Assembly (NCBI RefSeq): GCF_964355755.1
Contig: NC_092678.1
Span: 24,569,365-24,633,364, forward strand
Length of the DNA stretch: 64,000 bases
Source: Antedon mediterranea
Taxonomy: Eukaryota > Animalia > Echinodermata
Direction: 5' to 3'
Shown: positions 26,552-40,711 of the stretch, piece by piece
Position numbering within the stretch: position 1 is the stretch's first letter
Layout: each line of letters opens with the position of its first letter
The notes under the pieces: generated by a model
The model's input: only the letters and a program-made list of their open reading frames with translations
What the model was told of the DNA's origin: nothing
Databases searched by the model: none
Made by a program: the position numbers and the translations under genes

Positions 26552-27405
26552 ATATGACATCATCCTGTCCATATATGGGCACATCACATTTTTGTGTCAC
26601 ATAAAGTTTGATAGTGTAGACAAAGCTTTAGTGACACCACGACACATAGTATGACACGCGTGTGTTAAAAAATGATAACTGTGACGACACGCTTTCGTAT
26701 TCGCCGGTCAATTTGTGTATTAGCATAGGCCTACCTAAAAATACATTCTAACATTGTCGATAATGTAAGTTGACATTAGTCTATATTTAAATAAATGTTG
26801 GGTGTCCGGTTCAGACTATAATCCTAATTTGCAGACAACTAATTAACAAGAATATCTTAATTAGGATGTATGTGTACCTTTGTACTTTGATGAATGACGT
26901 ATTCAATTATGGGTATCATATCATCAAAGATACTGAAACATAGTGTTACATGTTACATTCAGATTAATACAACCAAATTTAGTACGGTAGTACGTATTTA
27001 GGATTGACACCCCAAAGAGTTGATGATGACTCTCGGATTTCTTAGTCTTAATGGCAACATTGTACAAACTTGTTTTTCTGTCTTAATTATGAATTATTAT
27101 ATATTTTTTATCTACACTAGTTTTTTATATTAAGATTTTAACCAGCCTGTTAGTGGCGATGATTCGCTGTTGGTTTGGAGTGAAATAAATAAAGAAATAA
27201 ATAGACTTTGTTATGACTTTTGTCTTGAGCATGACGCGAATAATACGTTGAAAAACATTAAACTTCAACAAAGTTAGTTTGTGGCAGTTTCATGTAAAAA
27301 ATAATTTAATTATAGACGTGTATTTACTACAGTATACTGAATAGTCTAATAAAAACAAATGGAAATAGGAAATGAAACATGGAATAAACTTGGCTCATGT
27401 TAAAC

Positions 27406-27489
27406 TACGGGGCGCAGTTTTGGGACATGTATTATGTTACAATAAAGCCATGGTAACATAATTATACATGTCCCAAACGGCGCCCCGTA
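27406..27489. mobile_element. ~85-bp hairpin mini-MITE
   Basis: TACGGGGCGCAGTTTTGGGACATGT...ACATGTCCCAAACGGCGCCCCGTA, near-perfect inverted arms with TA at both ends. Confidence 0.7.
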
Positions 27490-28139
27490 CTAAACTACGA
27501 TTTACGACATTTAGCATCACTTTCTTTATCTTTTATATTTTTAGGCCTATTTTGATCAAGATAACGACAAACACAGAAGTCAAAGAAACAGTAAGTTCTT
27601 TCATGTTACAAAACGTGTATTAATTATTAATATTATTTAATATCATTGTATTTTGGAATTGGCTGTCTAAATGAAAATTACACTGAAAATGCCTCCGAAC
27701 ATACTCAACATTTTAAACTTTTTGAACAGTAAATGAAATTGCATATTTTGGCCTATTAGAATGTAGGCCTATTTCCGAATAACATACACATTTGGAACCG
27801 TCGCCCGTGTGTATGTTCCATTTCTGGCATGGGGGCTATAGCTATAATAGTACGGTATACCCCATTTTCGAGTTATATTTCTTCTTATAGAACATTATGT
27901 TCATTAGGTTTAATAAATGAATAAAAATATTGATGTTTATTCACTTGACCTTCAAAAAAGAGGGAATGTTTCTCAATTGAATTACGTGTGATAATCAAGA
28001 GATACGGAAACCATTGTTGACGTGAGCGCTTCGGGCTGTATGTAGTCGATCAGTATAATGATTAGTAGGCCTAAAAACAGTAGGTCCCAACACCGTATAA
28101 TATGGAACTCACAATTGTATACGGTACATTGCCAAACGT

Positions 28140-28670
28140 CTGCAGCAGCATCTGTAGGATGTAGTACCGTACTGTAGCAAGTAGGCCTACAATAACTGGA
28201 ATTACAGTACTGTAGTGAAGATCATGTAGGGAAACAGCAACAGTAGGCTAGTTAGTACAATAATTAGTACGCCTAAAACTTTAATACTACAGAAGTTCTG
28301 CAGCATCATATTATGTAGGTAATAGTTGTAGCACCGTACAGTAGCTAGTACAATAACTGTAATTACAGTATAGTAAGGAGTAGCAGAGAAGCAGCAACAG
28401 TAGGCTAGTTTTTAGTATAATAGGCCTAAACATGTAATACTTTACAGAAGTTCTGCAGCATCATTCTGTAGGTAATATAGTAATATAGTACAGTATAGTA
28501 AGGAGTAGCAGAGAAGCAGCAATAGTAGGCTAGTTTTGAGTATAATAGGCCTAAACATGTAACACTTTACAGAAGTTCTGCAGCATCATTCTGTAGGTAA
28601 TATAGTAATATAGTACAGTATAGTAAGGAGTAGCAGAGAAGCAGCAACAGTAGGCTAGTTTTTAGCGTAT
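28140..28670. repeat. ~126-bp tandem repeat, ~4 copies, with leftward decay
   Basis: ACAGAAGTTCTGCAGCATCAT...GTAGCAGAGAAGCAGCAACAGTAGGCTAG recurs at ~28290, ~28445 and ~28570. Confidence 0.8.
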
Positions 28671-31371
28671 AACAGATAATACACAACATAGCACTAACAA
28701 GGTAGACTGGCAACATTAGGCCTACTAGGTAGTAATTATGTTTAAACGGATTCGGTGACTAAACGTTCAATCGGACGGACGGGGCCGAGAAAAAGAGAAG
28801 GAATGCCCGACTGCTGACCCCAAAGTTACCAGGTGCACTGTACATAGTGCCCATATTATCGTATTGTGTTTTAGGCCAAAATAGAAGACATTAACTCATT
28901 TTTAAAGTTGGAATTAAGTCGATGTGAGAGTTAATATTTTGTTCTACGGAAATACTATAATCGGGTAACAATTTAGGCCTGCAGTTGTAATTAACAAAAA
29001 TCATCTTGACTTTACTTTAAATCATCCTTTTTTTTAGTAATAAAAAGTTAGAGCATAAAAACTTACGAAAGTAAAATAATCAAAGACAAATGAAATAACA
29101 CGTATATGCTTACCAATGTTGAAATGTGTAAGAAGTGTTCCTGTCCCTGTTTATTAATATATTGCTTTTGTTGTACGTCTGATGATATCAGTAACGGGAA
29201 GACTACTCCAACCTCATTCACCAGAGACTGTTTCACTAAAACTTTAAAGTTCTTTCAATTTTAGTTTCTGCGACGGAAACCAGTCACTTCTAATTTGTTA
29301 ACTGTGTCGCGCATGCGTTGTTGTATCATGATGATTCAGATAAGTTAGTCATACGTCATCAAACTTTTAAATTGTTAATAGAATTCGGATAATTAATAAT
29401 TCGGATAATTAATCGAAATCATCGAGAAAGAAGTATCTCTTGCTGAAAGTGTATACATTTTATTTTGAAATGAATGTGAGATGGTGATAAAGTGTCTTAA
29501 CGTTTCGCTTACTAAATTACGTTAAAGAAAAACTCATCAAAATATTTAACCGGAAATATTTAAGTAGCGGTAATATAAATAGCGTACTAATTAAACGCAT
29601 TCTTTCAAGTACGAAAGGACTATTTTGACTACAACCCGGACGAGTTTGAATCTCCTCCTCAGTCTACAACGAACTAGACGCACATGCATTTATCATGATT
29701 ACATGATGCAAACAAATATATAATTAGTCCCGCATATGTTTCCTCTTTTGAAGTTGTCATCTTCAAACTATTTGTGCTGTCTATTTTTAGTATTTTACCC
29801 AAAAAAAGGTTTGATTGTCAATGACAATAATTTTGCAACACAATGGCGCCCTCTGTCTTTTCTTACTTTCTGTAGTTGGCGGTATGTTGAATTTCCTCAA
29901 CCAATGTTCGCAAGAGAATTTTTTTCAAATATATATTAATATGATAATATCGAAAGGCAACCAACGTATAGGTATCGGTTTTGCACTTTTATTAAATAAA
30001 TTGAGAGGAACAATGTGAAGTAACAAGTAAACGATACAGAGAATAATTACGAGAAGAGACACATCGAGATGGGGAGGAAAAGAGGATAAAACGAAATCAA
30101 GAGGAGTGAATTCCGCCAGGATATAAGAGATAAAAGGAACATAAAACTTAGTAAGCTGAGGAGTCTCCTACCACAAATTGAGGAAATATGGAGATAACTC
30201 GAAAATAGCCAATTAGAAGATGATTTCATTGTGTCCCATTCGTTTTTAATGAGTTGAAGAATGATACGAGAAAATAAAAGAAATAATGATAAAAAATATG
30301 TAGCAAGATGAGCCAATGATATGAGAAGTCAAATTGTAGATGAAAAGACATCCAATAAAACGACTGATGTATTTATAAAAGTAAAGATTGTTTAAGCTAG
30401 TGCGCCACCAATGTGCATAACGTCTAATTCATTAATTCATTGTTTTCGAAATTTTTTAACAAGCCAAGTGATGGATGGGGTTACGTGACGTAACACGCAC
30501 GCGTAACGATGATAGACGACAGGAAATAAATACAATTAAGTGAATTATTAGGTGATTTTCGATCTAAATATAACGAGACCGATTCCATAAGATGAGAAAA
30601 ACACATGTCCTTGCGGTGAAGAAAAAAAAACGATTTTGGAAGAAAAATAAGACAGAAAAACAGAAATGTTAGGGAAAAAAAACTTTTAATCCATGTATGG
30701 TAGCCAATAGAAAATAATTACATCATTATGTAACTGGTTATGTAATAGAAAATTATCGTAAATAAGAAATTAGAAAAATCGATAATCTTTTGTTTAGGCA
30801 CGTGTTTGATATTAAAAGTATCACCAGCAGTACGATTGCTTGCATGTTAATACATAGGCCTATCTAGGTTCGAAGAAAAACATATTTCGACCATCCGCTA
30901 GATTATAGTTAGGATGTGCTTGGTCTTTATACAGACCAGACGGTGCTACGTTGATAACATAAACGTTGATTTTCTCTGTCCCATTCTGATTATTACCCAA
31001 ACCTGTCAGCTGGTAGATAAATATTACTAACAATTATTGATCCACCAACGCTGACAAGAACAAGATGAGTGATTAGTGCATATATTACATAATAGTTGGA
31101 TATGTATTGAGTGCGTAATGAATCAGATGACGTGGGCCTCCTTTGTAACACCCCTCCCCCCACACGCACACTTTTTTTAACTGTAATAAGTCTATCTTTA
31201 TTCTTAAATCTTTGTTTATTGATGATATATATTGTTTTATTTTATTTTTTATTTTATATGTGTCGTTCATATCTCAAAAACTTCGCATGCACCTATTTCC
31301 TAACGTTGTGTTAACATTCCAGAAATGATGTTCAATTTTAAAAGAATTTTATAATGGCCTATAACAGTAGA

Positions 31372-31500
31372 CCCCTTTCCCCCTTTCGGACACTCGCTAT
31401 TAAAGGGACACTTTCCCCTTCCCCCTTTCGGACACTCGCTATTAAAGGGAAAATTTCCCCTTCCCCCTTTCTGACACTCGCTATTAAAGGGACACTTTCC
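31372..31500. repeat. ~40-bp tandem repeat x3 (CCCCTTTCGGACACTCGCTATTAAAGGGACACTTT)
   Basis: Read directly; explains the repetitive ORF 31354-31587. Confidence 0.8.
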
Positions 31501-32576
31501 TATGGAACGGACAAGGTAATTAGCACATTCCTTCGTTGGAGAACCAGTTTGTTTGGTGCCAAATTATTACATATAGGCCTATTATAAAAGAATGTATTGT
31601 TGTTTTTATTATTCTCGGATGGCATTATAAGTTCCCGGATGTTGGTCCTCATAGCCGTGAGAGGATTTCAATTTCCATAATGTAACACTTCCCGTTTCGT
31701 TGTTCTTACTTATATTCCTTTGTATATATACCACCTATAGTGTGTACTTAGCTGGCAATAGTCGACGAGAGTGAACAACAACAATTTAAATAGTACTTTC
31801 ACTTTTTGATGATCCAAATTGGCTTTGTTCTTTTGTGTGTTGTATTTTACCGTCTTTTATTGTCTTTTGTGTCATGCATGCGCAGTCACCACATGCTGAA
31901 TATTAATTGTAGTACCGCACTGGTATTCTCTAATTATCCAGATATGCATCTACCAAATGTTCAATATATATCTTTCATAACTTATTCACAAAGAAAGTTT
32001 TTTATTTGTATGTTTACGTGTTCTCTATTTAATTATTGGCATGTACATTCTAGTAACCACTAAATTGTACATTAAACATTTTTATTGGGAGATGTAATTT
32101 AAGGGTGTATATGACTAAAATTATCCTCTTATTTTTCTTGCTGACCTCTGACCTCAATGTACTTGTGTCCAAGACCATGTTAAAATCTTAGTTAGTTGTT
32201 CTGCTTGAGGCCCACCGTTTTAGTCATTTGTAGCGACGTTACACTTATAAACTATACAATCGTATTGTTCCTGCAACCTCACTGTACACACACACTTTAT
32301 ACCATGTCATGTCATGTCATGTCATGTTCATAACAATATTGTATCAAAGACCATTGAAATCCTTTGTTCGTTCTTCCGCTTACAGACTGTTAATTGCAAT
32401 TATTCCTAATTATTTTAAAATGAAAATAACCACATCCAAGGTCTCCTAGTTCTTAAACTTTGTAAGTAGTGTTTTCTTACCTTTTAAACTCTAATCGGAA
32501 GTACAAATAAAAACATTTGTTCAACTGTACACATGCCTCAATCTGGTTTAAGTAGTGGTTTTTATTTTGTGTTTTC

Positions 32577-32687
32577 TTGTTATTTTTGGACGTCGCACCT
32601 TCATGAGTGCAGTAGGCCTACCAATAAATTGTTATTTTTGGACGTCGCACCTTCATGAGTACAGTAGGCCTACCAATACATTGTTAT
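32577..32687. repeat. ~52-bp tandem duplication
   Basis: TTGTTATTTTTGGACGTCGCACCTTCATGAGT(G/A)CAGTAGGCCTACCAATA x2. Confidence 0.8.
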
Positions 32688-33479
32688 GTTTGCTTTTGTG
32701 TTAGGCCCATGGGTGTCAGTCGTAGCTCTAATTTAAATATAATAATAAATAATAATAGGTATAAGATTTATATAGCGCAAATAAACGATGTCTCTTTGCG
32801 CTCGACAATAAAGAGAAAGAGTGAAAACAAAAGGAAGAGAACAAAAGACAAAAACACCAAGCTAGCACCCAAACTGAATGGGGATACACCATCACCACTA
32901 ACTGATGAACAGTGTTTAAGTACCCCAGTTAACGAATCCATTGGTATCCACAGCAGTATATGTAATAATAATAAATTCAGTTTTCGTAAACGATCATAAT
33001 TTAATATTAATCTAACTCAATGGATGTACATTCTATCCGAAGGACGTGGGGTCACATAATGTAGGACATTTTTACATGTGCCGGATGTTACTGTTCATTT
33101 TATAGACCTATCTTCATATGATACCTTACAGGTATATAGTGATTATACGTAATGGATATATTTACTGTAATGAATATATATGCCTATATCAACCATCAGC
33201 AGTAGATGCTAATTCTAGACGCGGAAGTAAAATTGTATCAGTATTAATTATACCAGGGAGTTGTTATTAAATAACAACTCCCTGATTATACGATACATAT
33301 TGGTATAGATCTCCACCATTAGTATGGTGATTACGCATAATATATGCATTTCTCTTATTGATTATAAAATAAATGACATAATAAATGAATAGTCTAGTAC
33401 TGTCTGGCTTGAGCACGTCGATTCTAGACAACATGTATGGTATGACTTAATCACTTTATTTTACTCCGGTCCTATTGCC

Positions 33480-33760
33480 ATTTTAGATGATAGACCTATG
33501 AGATGCATGTTAAGGCATATATACAGCCCTATTATTACTACCAGTTTATACCTTATATTTTAGATTTCATTTTAGATGATAGACCTATGAGATGCATGTT
33601 AAGGCATATATACAGCCCTATTATTACTACCAGTTTATACCTTATATTTTAGATTTCATTTTAGATGATAGACCTATGAGATGCATGTTAAGGCATATAT
33701 ACAGCCCTATTATTACTACCAGTTTATACCTTATATATTAGATTTCATTTTAGATGACCT
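33480..33760. repeat. ~89-bp tandem repeat x3
   Basis: TTTTAGATGATAGACCTATGAGATGCATGTTAAGGC... at 33481, 33570 and 33659. Confidence 0.9.
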
Positions 33761-35282
33761 ATGACCTATGGGCGTACGTAGACTCAAGTACGGGCATACA
33801 AAGCCCTATACTAGTTTATAAACTTTTGGTCCTCTTATGGAGGAAAAAAAATATATATCACATATTTTTTTGCTCTATGTCTTATTCAACCATTTTGAAG
33901 TATCAATCAATCATACATCATTGATTAATATGGATAGGGCTTCAAGTACGCAAAAGTTACCGAGTATCAAATCAATCTTTTTGCGTGATACGTGATCGTT
34001 TACTGGTTGTAAAGGATTCGCGAGTCTACTGAAATTCTTGAGGAATCGCAATGTAGCAGCAGCGCAAAAAAGCCTTAAAAAATGAGAAGGTATGATTACG
34101 TCATCACTGCTGCTATACACGATGTGTCTACTGCGCGTCATAGCTGCCATTTCAGAATCAATGAATCATGGAGATTTTATTACGTATGTTCCTTTTTTTT
34201 ATTAAAGCAATATCTGTGTTTTATAATGAAGCACTTGTGAATAGTTCAATGTTGGTGTACAGTAATACCCTTCATATAAAATGTGTGTGTATTTCAATCT
34301 AGAGTCTCCTACATCATATATATTGTTTAGGATTATTGCGTTATGTACAACTATCTTGTATGTATATAGTGTACTCGCTTTTATGACCGGCATCGTAAGA
34401 GCTCTTCCTGTCAGTCCATTTACACATTCTTTATTAGCGTGTAAGAGAATACGTATTGTGCCGTTGGTATACAATATATATTAGATAAGACATATACAAA
34501 CACCTACAAATCGAATTAAGTCGATACATAATACTACTGTTAACATCGCCCTAATCCGTTCCATGTAATTATGCCTAATAAATGAGAAAACGCATCGAAA
34601 TAGTAATCGCGGCATTATGATGTGTTCGCGCCTGTATGTGTTCGCGCCTTTGTTCTCAGTCACAATGGCTAAATTATTAAATTATTTAAATTGATATTTA
34701 CTGACATTTTGCATGATGCGATTAATCTCCTATCAGAACGGCGGTTATTTACAACGTTTCAACAATGTTTTAGTGTATAAAATAAATGATCGAGTAAGCC
34801 CCGTAAGTAATTTGACCAATCACAAGCGATGAATCATCAGAACTGTCGCTTGTGATTGGTCAACTCGATTTGCGTTGCGCGTATTTCTTTACGTTGCTTC
34901 TACGTCGTTGCTATGCGTCCGCGCGGGAACCAAATTTTACTTAATTATTGCACTGCGTTTGACCAAACCAGAGAGTGGAATCGAAACAGTCTCTAAATGC
35001 AACATAGGCCTATGGCCGGCCGGCCAGGTCGAGATATCTTAATAAGCTGACCACCATATCACAGTATTAAAGACATCCAATTATAACATTGCCGCGGTTG
35101 AATAATAAATAAATTAGGTTTCTTATTGAATTAATTAGTTCAAATATTAACATTATAAGAGAGCAGTGCCTTTGATTAATTTAACTGGATTATTAGCGTT
35201 AAACACTCGTATTAGGTGGACATCTGTTGTGGAATTGGTTACAATGTTCACTTAGGTGTGACTTTCGCACTTACCCACACCT

Positions 35283-35460
35283 TTGTCAAGGCGACACACA
35301 CTACCAGCACCTCTATCTCAAGAGAGCACCATCGTGACTTCTTCCGGTCCCACAAACTCTACCCACACCTTTCTATTTTTTTCTAGACACTACCAGCACA
35401 CCATCGTCAGGTCCAACACATTCCGTCGCTCCTTCTTCAATCTGTCAATTATGTTTTCTA
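35283..35460 (+). mobile_element. Possible 3' fragment of a LINE ORF2 (Rex1/Babar- or CR1-like)
   Basis: RHYQHTIVRSNTFRRSFFNLSI resembles the R.Y....RT.RF..SFFP..I C-terminal motif of these LINEs; judged by eye only. Confidence 0.4.
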
Positions 35461-35579
35461 ATCTCACCAAAAACACAATGTCGATATTAAAACGGAAATG
35501 GTTCCAAACCAAAAGATTGCAACCTCTAAACGGAAACGATAACGAACAATAATTTGTAGCCATCTTGAAATTAAATTCT

Positions 35580-35681
35580 GAAAAAAAGCAATCTCTCATA
35601 TATGGACATGGTGATGTCATATCACTACCCTATTTGGGCACATTACATGTTTTTATGTCAAATAGAGTAGACAGAGCTTCT
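35580..35681. mobile_element. MITE family A copy (partial)
   Basis: CATATATGGACATGGTGATGTCATATCACTACC...AGACAGAGCTT. Confidence 0.7.
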
Positions 35682-38107
35682 AGCGATCTTGAGCATTTGT
35701 TTCGGACAGGTAACCACTCAAATAAAGATTCTGGCTTAAGATCCAAATGGTCCCCTTTACATTTTACACGTCCGAATGACGTCGCCATAGACTATCGTAG
35801 TCTAACAAGCTTAATGTGACGTCATTGTGATGCTAGGCCTCATAACCCGTGTGGATCGTGCGTTAAAACTAGGTCACATGTCTTCTGCCAATCACTAAGC
35901 AGAATGCTAATCAGATCGTGGTATCGCAGACAAGAATCATTCTTATCGAAGAAATTACCTTTTAGAAAAAAAAATATATAAATGATATGAAAACCGATAG
36001 TTATCAGAGAAACTAGATCAAAATTCATAACATTTTATGCAATGAAACCGATTCAAAGTTTGATATATACCTGTGTTCAGAATAAACAACAATGTTCTGG
36101 TGATTGGCCGTGTTGTCTGCTACTGCTGCTGCACGACGACTTATCGTCATCAAAGCTAATTATGCTAAATGCTGACATTATACGCTACTGCTTGTAATTA
36201 TGAAGGAAAATGATCTTAGTACATCCCCCCGGGGGGTAATAGAAAAAATTATATAATCCGGGGAGCATGTTTATGAAATGTCATTCGCGTAGACTGGGGC
36301 CTATAACCGGTGTATTTTACTAGTACAGTTGCACTGTACAATATGCCTATGCTATAGAGTGCTTTTATCAGCTGATATTATGTTATATCGGTTTATTAAA
36401 TATTATTAGTAATGGTTGCAATCGATAGTGTTCGCAGCAGACGACGAATGACGTCACTGCTGTAACGCTGCGTGATTTGTCGAGGAAACGCGTGGACATC
36501 TAGTGTACAACAGCGTCGTTAAAACGTTTTTAAACGAATTGTGAATTGGTAATTTACAAGTAATAATGACACTGCAAACGATGTTATGAGGTCATTTTAT
36601 CATAACAAGGAAACGTTTACTATGTTTCTATGAAACTATCTAAATTTCCTTTTACACTATCACGGAAGGATATCAAATTTTAAGTACAGCTTTTTAGGGT
36701 GATTTTTTTTCAATAGTACTTTTAGTTCGTATACTTTAGACACAATAGAACAGACACCAAGATGACAATACTGTCTGAACGTGTGTTCAATGACATGGTT
36801 CCAACAACCCCACTAGACATTCGCGCCAATCCAACATTCCCGACCTATATTGTTGCAAGTCATTTGTGCCAAGCTAAACTGTCACTTGTGGTTGGTCAAC
36901 TCACTTGCGTTGAACTCGCGCCGTTACGTGGCGTCCAAGTGCGAATCAATCTTTAGTTAGGCAAGGCTTTCATTCGCGCGATAACAATTCGTCTAGTGTA
37001 AACTAGGATTAGGTTACCGAACTAGCTGAACATTGCAATGCAACAATAGGCCGCCTAAGGACGCTATGATTATAAATATTTGAAGCCCTTGAATCATGAT
37101 AAATCCCATAGATTTCAATCAACTCTGACCCAGAATAACCACATATCAAGTACGGTAGGCCTCTGTTGTGTAAAAACCCCACAAGTCACTACACCACACA
37201 AAAAATGTCGGTGCGTTTAAACGATGATGAAATGCTGTACTAATTATACGACGCGCGTGTACACGTTGCGTTGACACCGATGCATGGTTAGCTGAACATA
37301 ATGATAATACCTTTGAATATTATGAATATTTGTCTGGGGGTTTTATAGAATATTATCATTGTCTATATTAACCTTTGAAGGTTATAATAGAGAGATAGGA
37401 GGACGAGAAGGTCAACACTTTTTGCTGGTTGTGTTATTCATTGTACTGGCAACAATACGTTCAATAAAATAAACAGGCACTTACAAATTTACATAATGGA
37501 ACCACACACACACATACAGTTTAAAGTGTGAAGAACGTATCTTCTTCCTGCTGTCAGCCTACCACCATTGAGCAGCATCAAACGCAATCATGTTTAGTCA
37601 ATGTAATCCTATAGTGCTACACTTTCTTATTTTGCGATAGACTAAATACATGAGTTCTACTGAACATAAAAAAGGTGTTGATAAATAGGAATCCCCATTT
37701 ATTGAGATATATATTACTGTCTAATTGTTTACACAACATATTATATTTGATCATTATTACGGGGCAAAGATTCGTGTATTGTGTCGGATGGCATCCCGTA
37801 CGAGTTCATATTCTAAGAGTACGTTAAACAAAAACAATGAGACACAGATATAATCACTTTTCATTTAAATAACATTTTAATTTATTTCACATATAACATC
37901 TTTGCATTGACATAAGATTTTATATACAAACATTGCTTAGTCTTTAATATAATAAACTCCGAAAGTTGCACAATGGACAAACGCACGTCGGATGTTGCAG
38001 TCTCTGGGAGATCAAACCTTGATTGTTGTTGTAGTCTTTGGGACCAGACCTTGATTGAGAAAATGGAAGAACATGTACTAATCGAGACAGAAAGTAATAT
38101 AACGTAT

Positions 38108-38367
38108 TAAGCTCTGTCCACATTATTAAACTCATGTGATGTGCCCATATATGGACATGATGATGTCACTACCGTATTAATAATAATAATAATATTTATT
38201 CGGTCATCAATGTAAAAAATAACCAGGAATGAGAATAGGCTAAAGCCCAAACAGATTCTGCACTCACTCCATACAACATAACCAGGAATGAGAATAGGCT
38301 AAATCCCAAACAGATTCTGTACTCACTCCATATTAAGGCACATCACACTAGTGTAGACAGAGCCTTA
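38108..38367. mobile_element. MITE family A copy interrupted by a short (TAA)n-tailed insertion containing a 59-bp duplication
   Basis: Left MITE part to ~38178, right part from ~38330; insert 38179-38330 with AACCAGGAATGAGAATAGGCTAAA... x2. Confidence 0.7.
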
Positions 38368-38874
38368 GTTTTAAACTGTCATTAAATGTATTTTACAGAT
38401 CTATGCAACAAACAAATGAACGTTTAGTATACGATAGACAATCAAATTGCACCAGTGCACTAGTGCGTTGATAGTCGATTTGTAGGCCTACAGACATAGT
38501 ACACACAACAAGCACATAAGATTATGCATATTATTCCTCTGGTTACAATTGCGATCAATATAACTGTTTCTGTTCTATTGTAGTATTGACACGGAAGTAA
38601 TTATAAATGTAGCCTTATGCTTGTATAATGTGATGCATAATTATATAAATGCAGGCCCAGATATGGAGTAGTAATCAGTAGGGATTATATCAACGGTTGT
38701 TGTAGGCCTACATTATCTAAACCCACGCAAGCTCACACCGTGCATTACCTAATAAACGCTCAATATTTGTGCTATTATCACATCCATTTTGAATGAATAC
38801 TAAAGGCGACTTAAACCATGGAAGAATGACCTAAATAATTCATCCATGGTTCAATCGTATTTTAGGCAATATTC

Positions 38875-38982
38875 AGTGACGTCACTACGAAAATACACAA
38901 TATCGACGCGCGCGTTCAAATCCTCTTACCATTTTTATCACAGTTTGAACGCGCGTGTCACTGTATATTTTCACGGTGTCAC
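38875..38982. mobile_element. Hairpin MITE remnant (GTGAC...CGCGCGTTCAAA / TTTGAACGCGCG...GTCAC); relative at ~39340-39420
   Basis: Inverted arms visible directly. Confidence 0.55.
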
Positions 38983-39987
38983 AATACAAATTATCTTAGT
39001 GTCTATGGCATAGACCTGTATATACATTTACCATTCAAGGTATTGTAGGCCTGTTAGGTGCGTGCAACAGCTTCGGATTGGAGTCGACATCCAATATCAG
39101 CCAATAAATTAAAAAAAACCTCTTAAGTTAGCATAATATTATTTAATAACACATACATATTATGTTTACTCAACTGCACCAAAAATGTTGTAAAAAATAT
39201 ATAAATTATTATAATAAATACATCTCTTTCCTACCATTAACAATAATGGCTCTTGCTACTAAGCATATATCATTGGAAAATTCCTTTTTATCCTGTTTAA
39301 TTTAATAATTAATATAAAAAATGTGTCATTTATCCTACACCAGTGACACCACAAAGCGCGCGCACATAACCGTACCATTATCATCACGTTTTGAACGCGC
39401 TCTCATAACATTTTATGCCGTTTCGTTGAATTTTAATTTGGCAGACATGATCGCTAATTTATTACATGCGCCACAGAACAATGATGAAAGTAAAACCGTA
39501 TTGCTCATGCCATTATAAATATGATGGTACAGCTTGCTAACGTTTGCCATAATAGTCTTGCTTTATTAGGCCTACATTAAACAATACAATTCTGACCATC
39601 AAAAGGTAGCTAACATTATTATAAAGTAATACTGTTTGTTAGACTTACGACATCCCGCATGTCACAATCATTTTCATTTTGGGATTTTTTCAATAATAAA
39701 ATCATGTGTAATTAGGGCGTTTAACAATTGTGATATTTGTTTAAATAAATATCTAAGTATTTGTGATGGCCTGTTTATGGATGTTTACACCCGAACAAGT
39801 CCTGTTTCCAGTTGAACACATGATTTATTCCAGTTCAGCAGCAATCGTATTTTGTTTGTCTGCTGTATAGTAGGATATGATACTTTCATATTATCTATTT
39901 GGACGTTCTTCGTGTATTATTCATTCTGTATAACAGTATATTAGCATGGTTAAACCGTAATTAATATAAAGAAAAGATGAGGACCTT

Positions 39988-40132
39988 AAGCTCTGTCTAC
40001 ACTATCAAACTATAGTTTGACCAAAAAGTGCGATGTGCCCGAATATGGTAGTGATATGCTCAAATATATTAGTAATATGTCCATATTTGTGCACATCATT
40101 TGTAAGTAAGTTTTATAGTGTAGACAGAGTTT
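39988..40132. mobile_element. MITE family A, near full-length copy
   Basis: AAGCTCTGTCTACACTATCAAAC ... TATAGTGTAGACAGAGTTT terminal inverted repeats with TTA/TAA flanks (PIF/Harbinger-like by inference). Confidence 0.85.
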
Positions 40133-40183
40133 AAGGAATGAAGGGTCAATTATCAAGTATATAGAAGGAAATGTTTAGATTTC

Positions 40184-40260
40184 GAACTATATAAGACCGT
40201 ATGCATCCAGTACAATGTTAGTAACTATATAAGACCGTATGCATCCAGTACAATGTTAGT
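40184..40260. repeat. 38-bp perfect tandem duplication
   Basis: AACTATATAAGACCGTATGCATCCAGTACAATGTTAGT x2. Confidence 0.85.
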
Positions 40261-40711
40261 TTCAATTGTGTACTGCGGTGTTGCGTTTGTCAGGAGAAAT
40301 AAATTATTCTAAAGAAATTAAGCGTGTAAAGTGTATACAATACCGACGTATGTTCTAAAATTGAACTTAATATGACCTTTGTTGAATTATCACATTTCTT
40401 CCTAGTAACAAAGAGCCTTTCTTACAATCAGGTGCACTAGTATTTCCATGAATTATTTTCATCAACATCATTCTTTAAAAATGACGTCAATTTTTTAATT
40501 TAGTGACATTAAATAAATTTTTTTAATAAAAACAATTACAGACTCTATGAGACATTGGAGGAATGCAATAAACATGTATTATCCAACTACAATATGACTC
40601 AGACTAGCTAGCTACCTTTGACTCAAAGAATATATTTTTATTAGAGCTTTAATGCAGGAATAATCATATGTATCGCTACACGTATAGTCATTGAGGTATA
40701 GATTTATGATT

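Noticed and set aside
30047-30360. Purine-rich stretch that looks like decayed coding or retroelement sequence
   Set aside because: Several stops on + and no motif I can recognise in any frame; needs a tblastx search.
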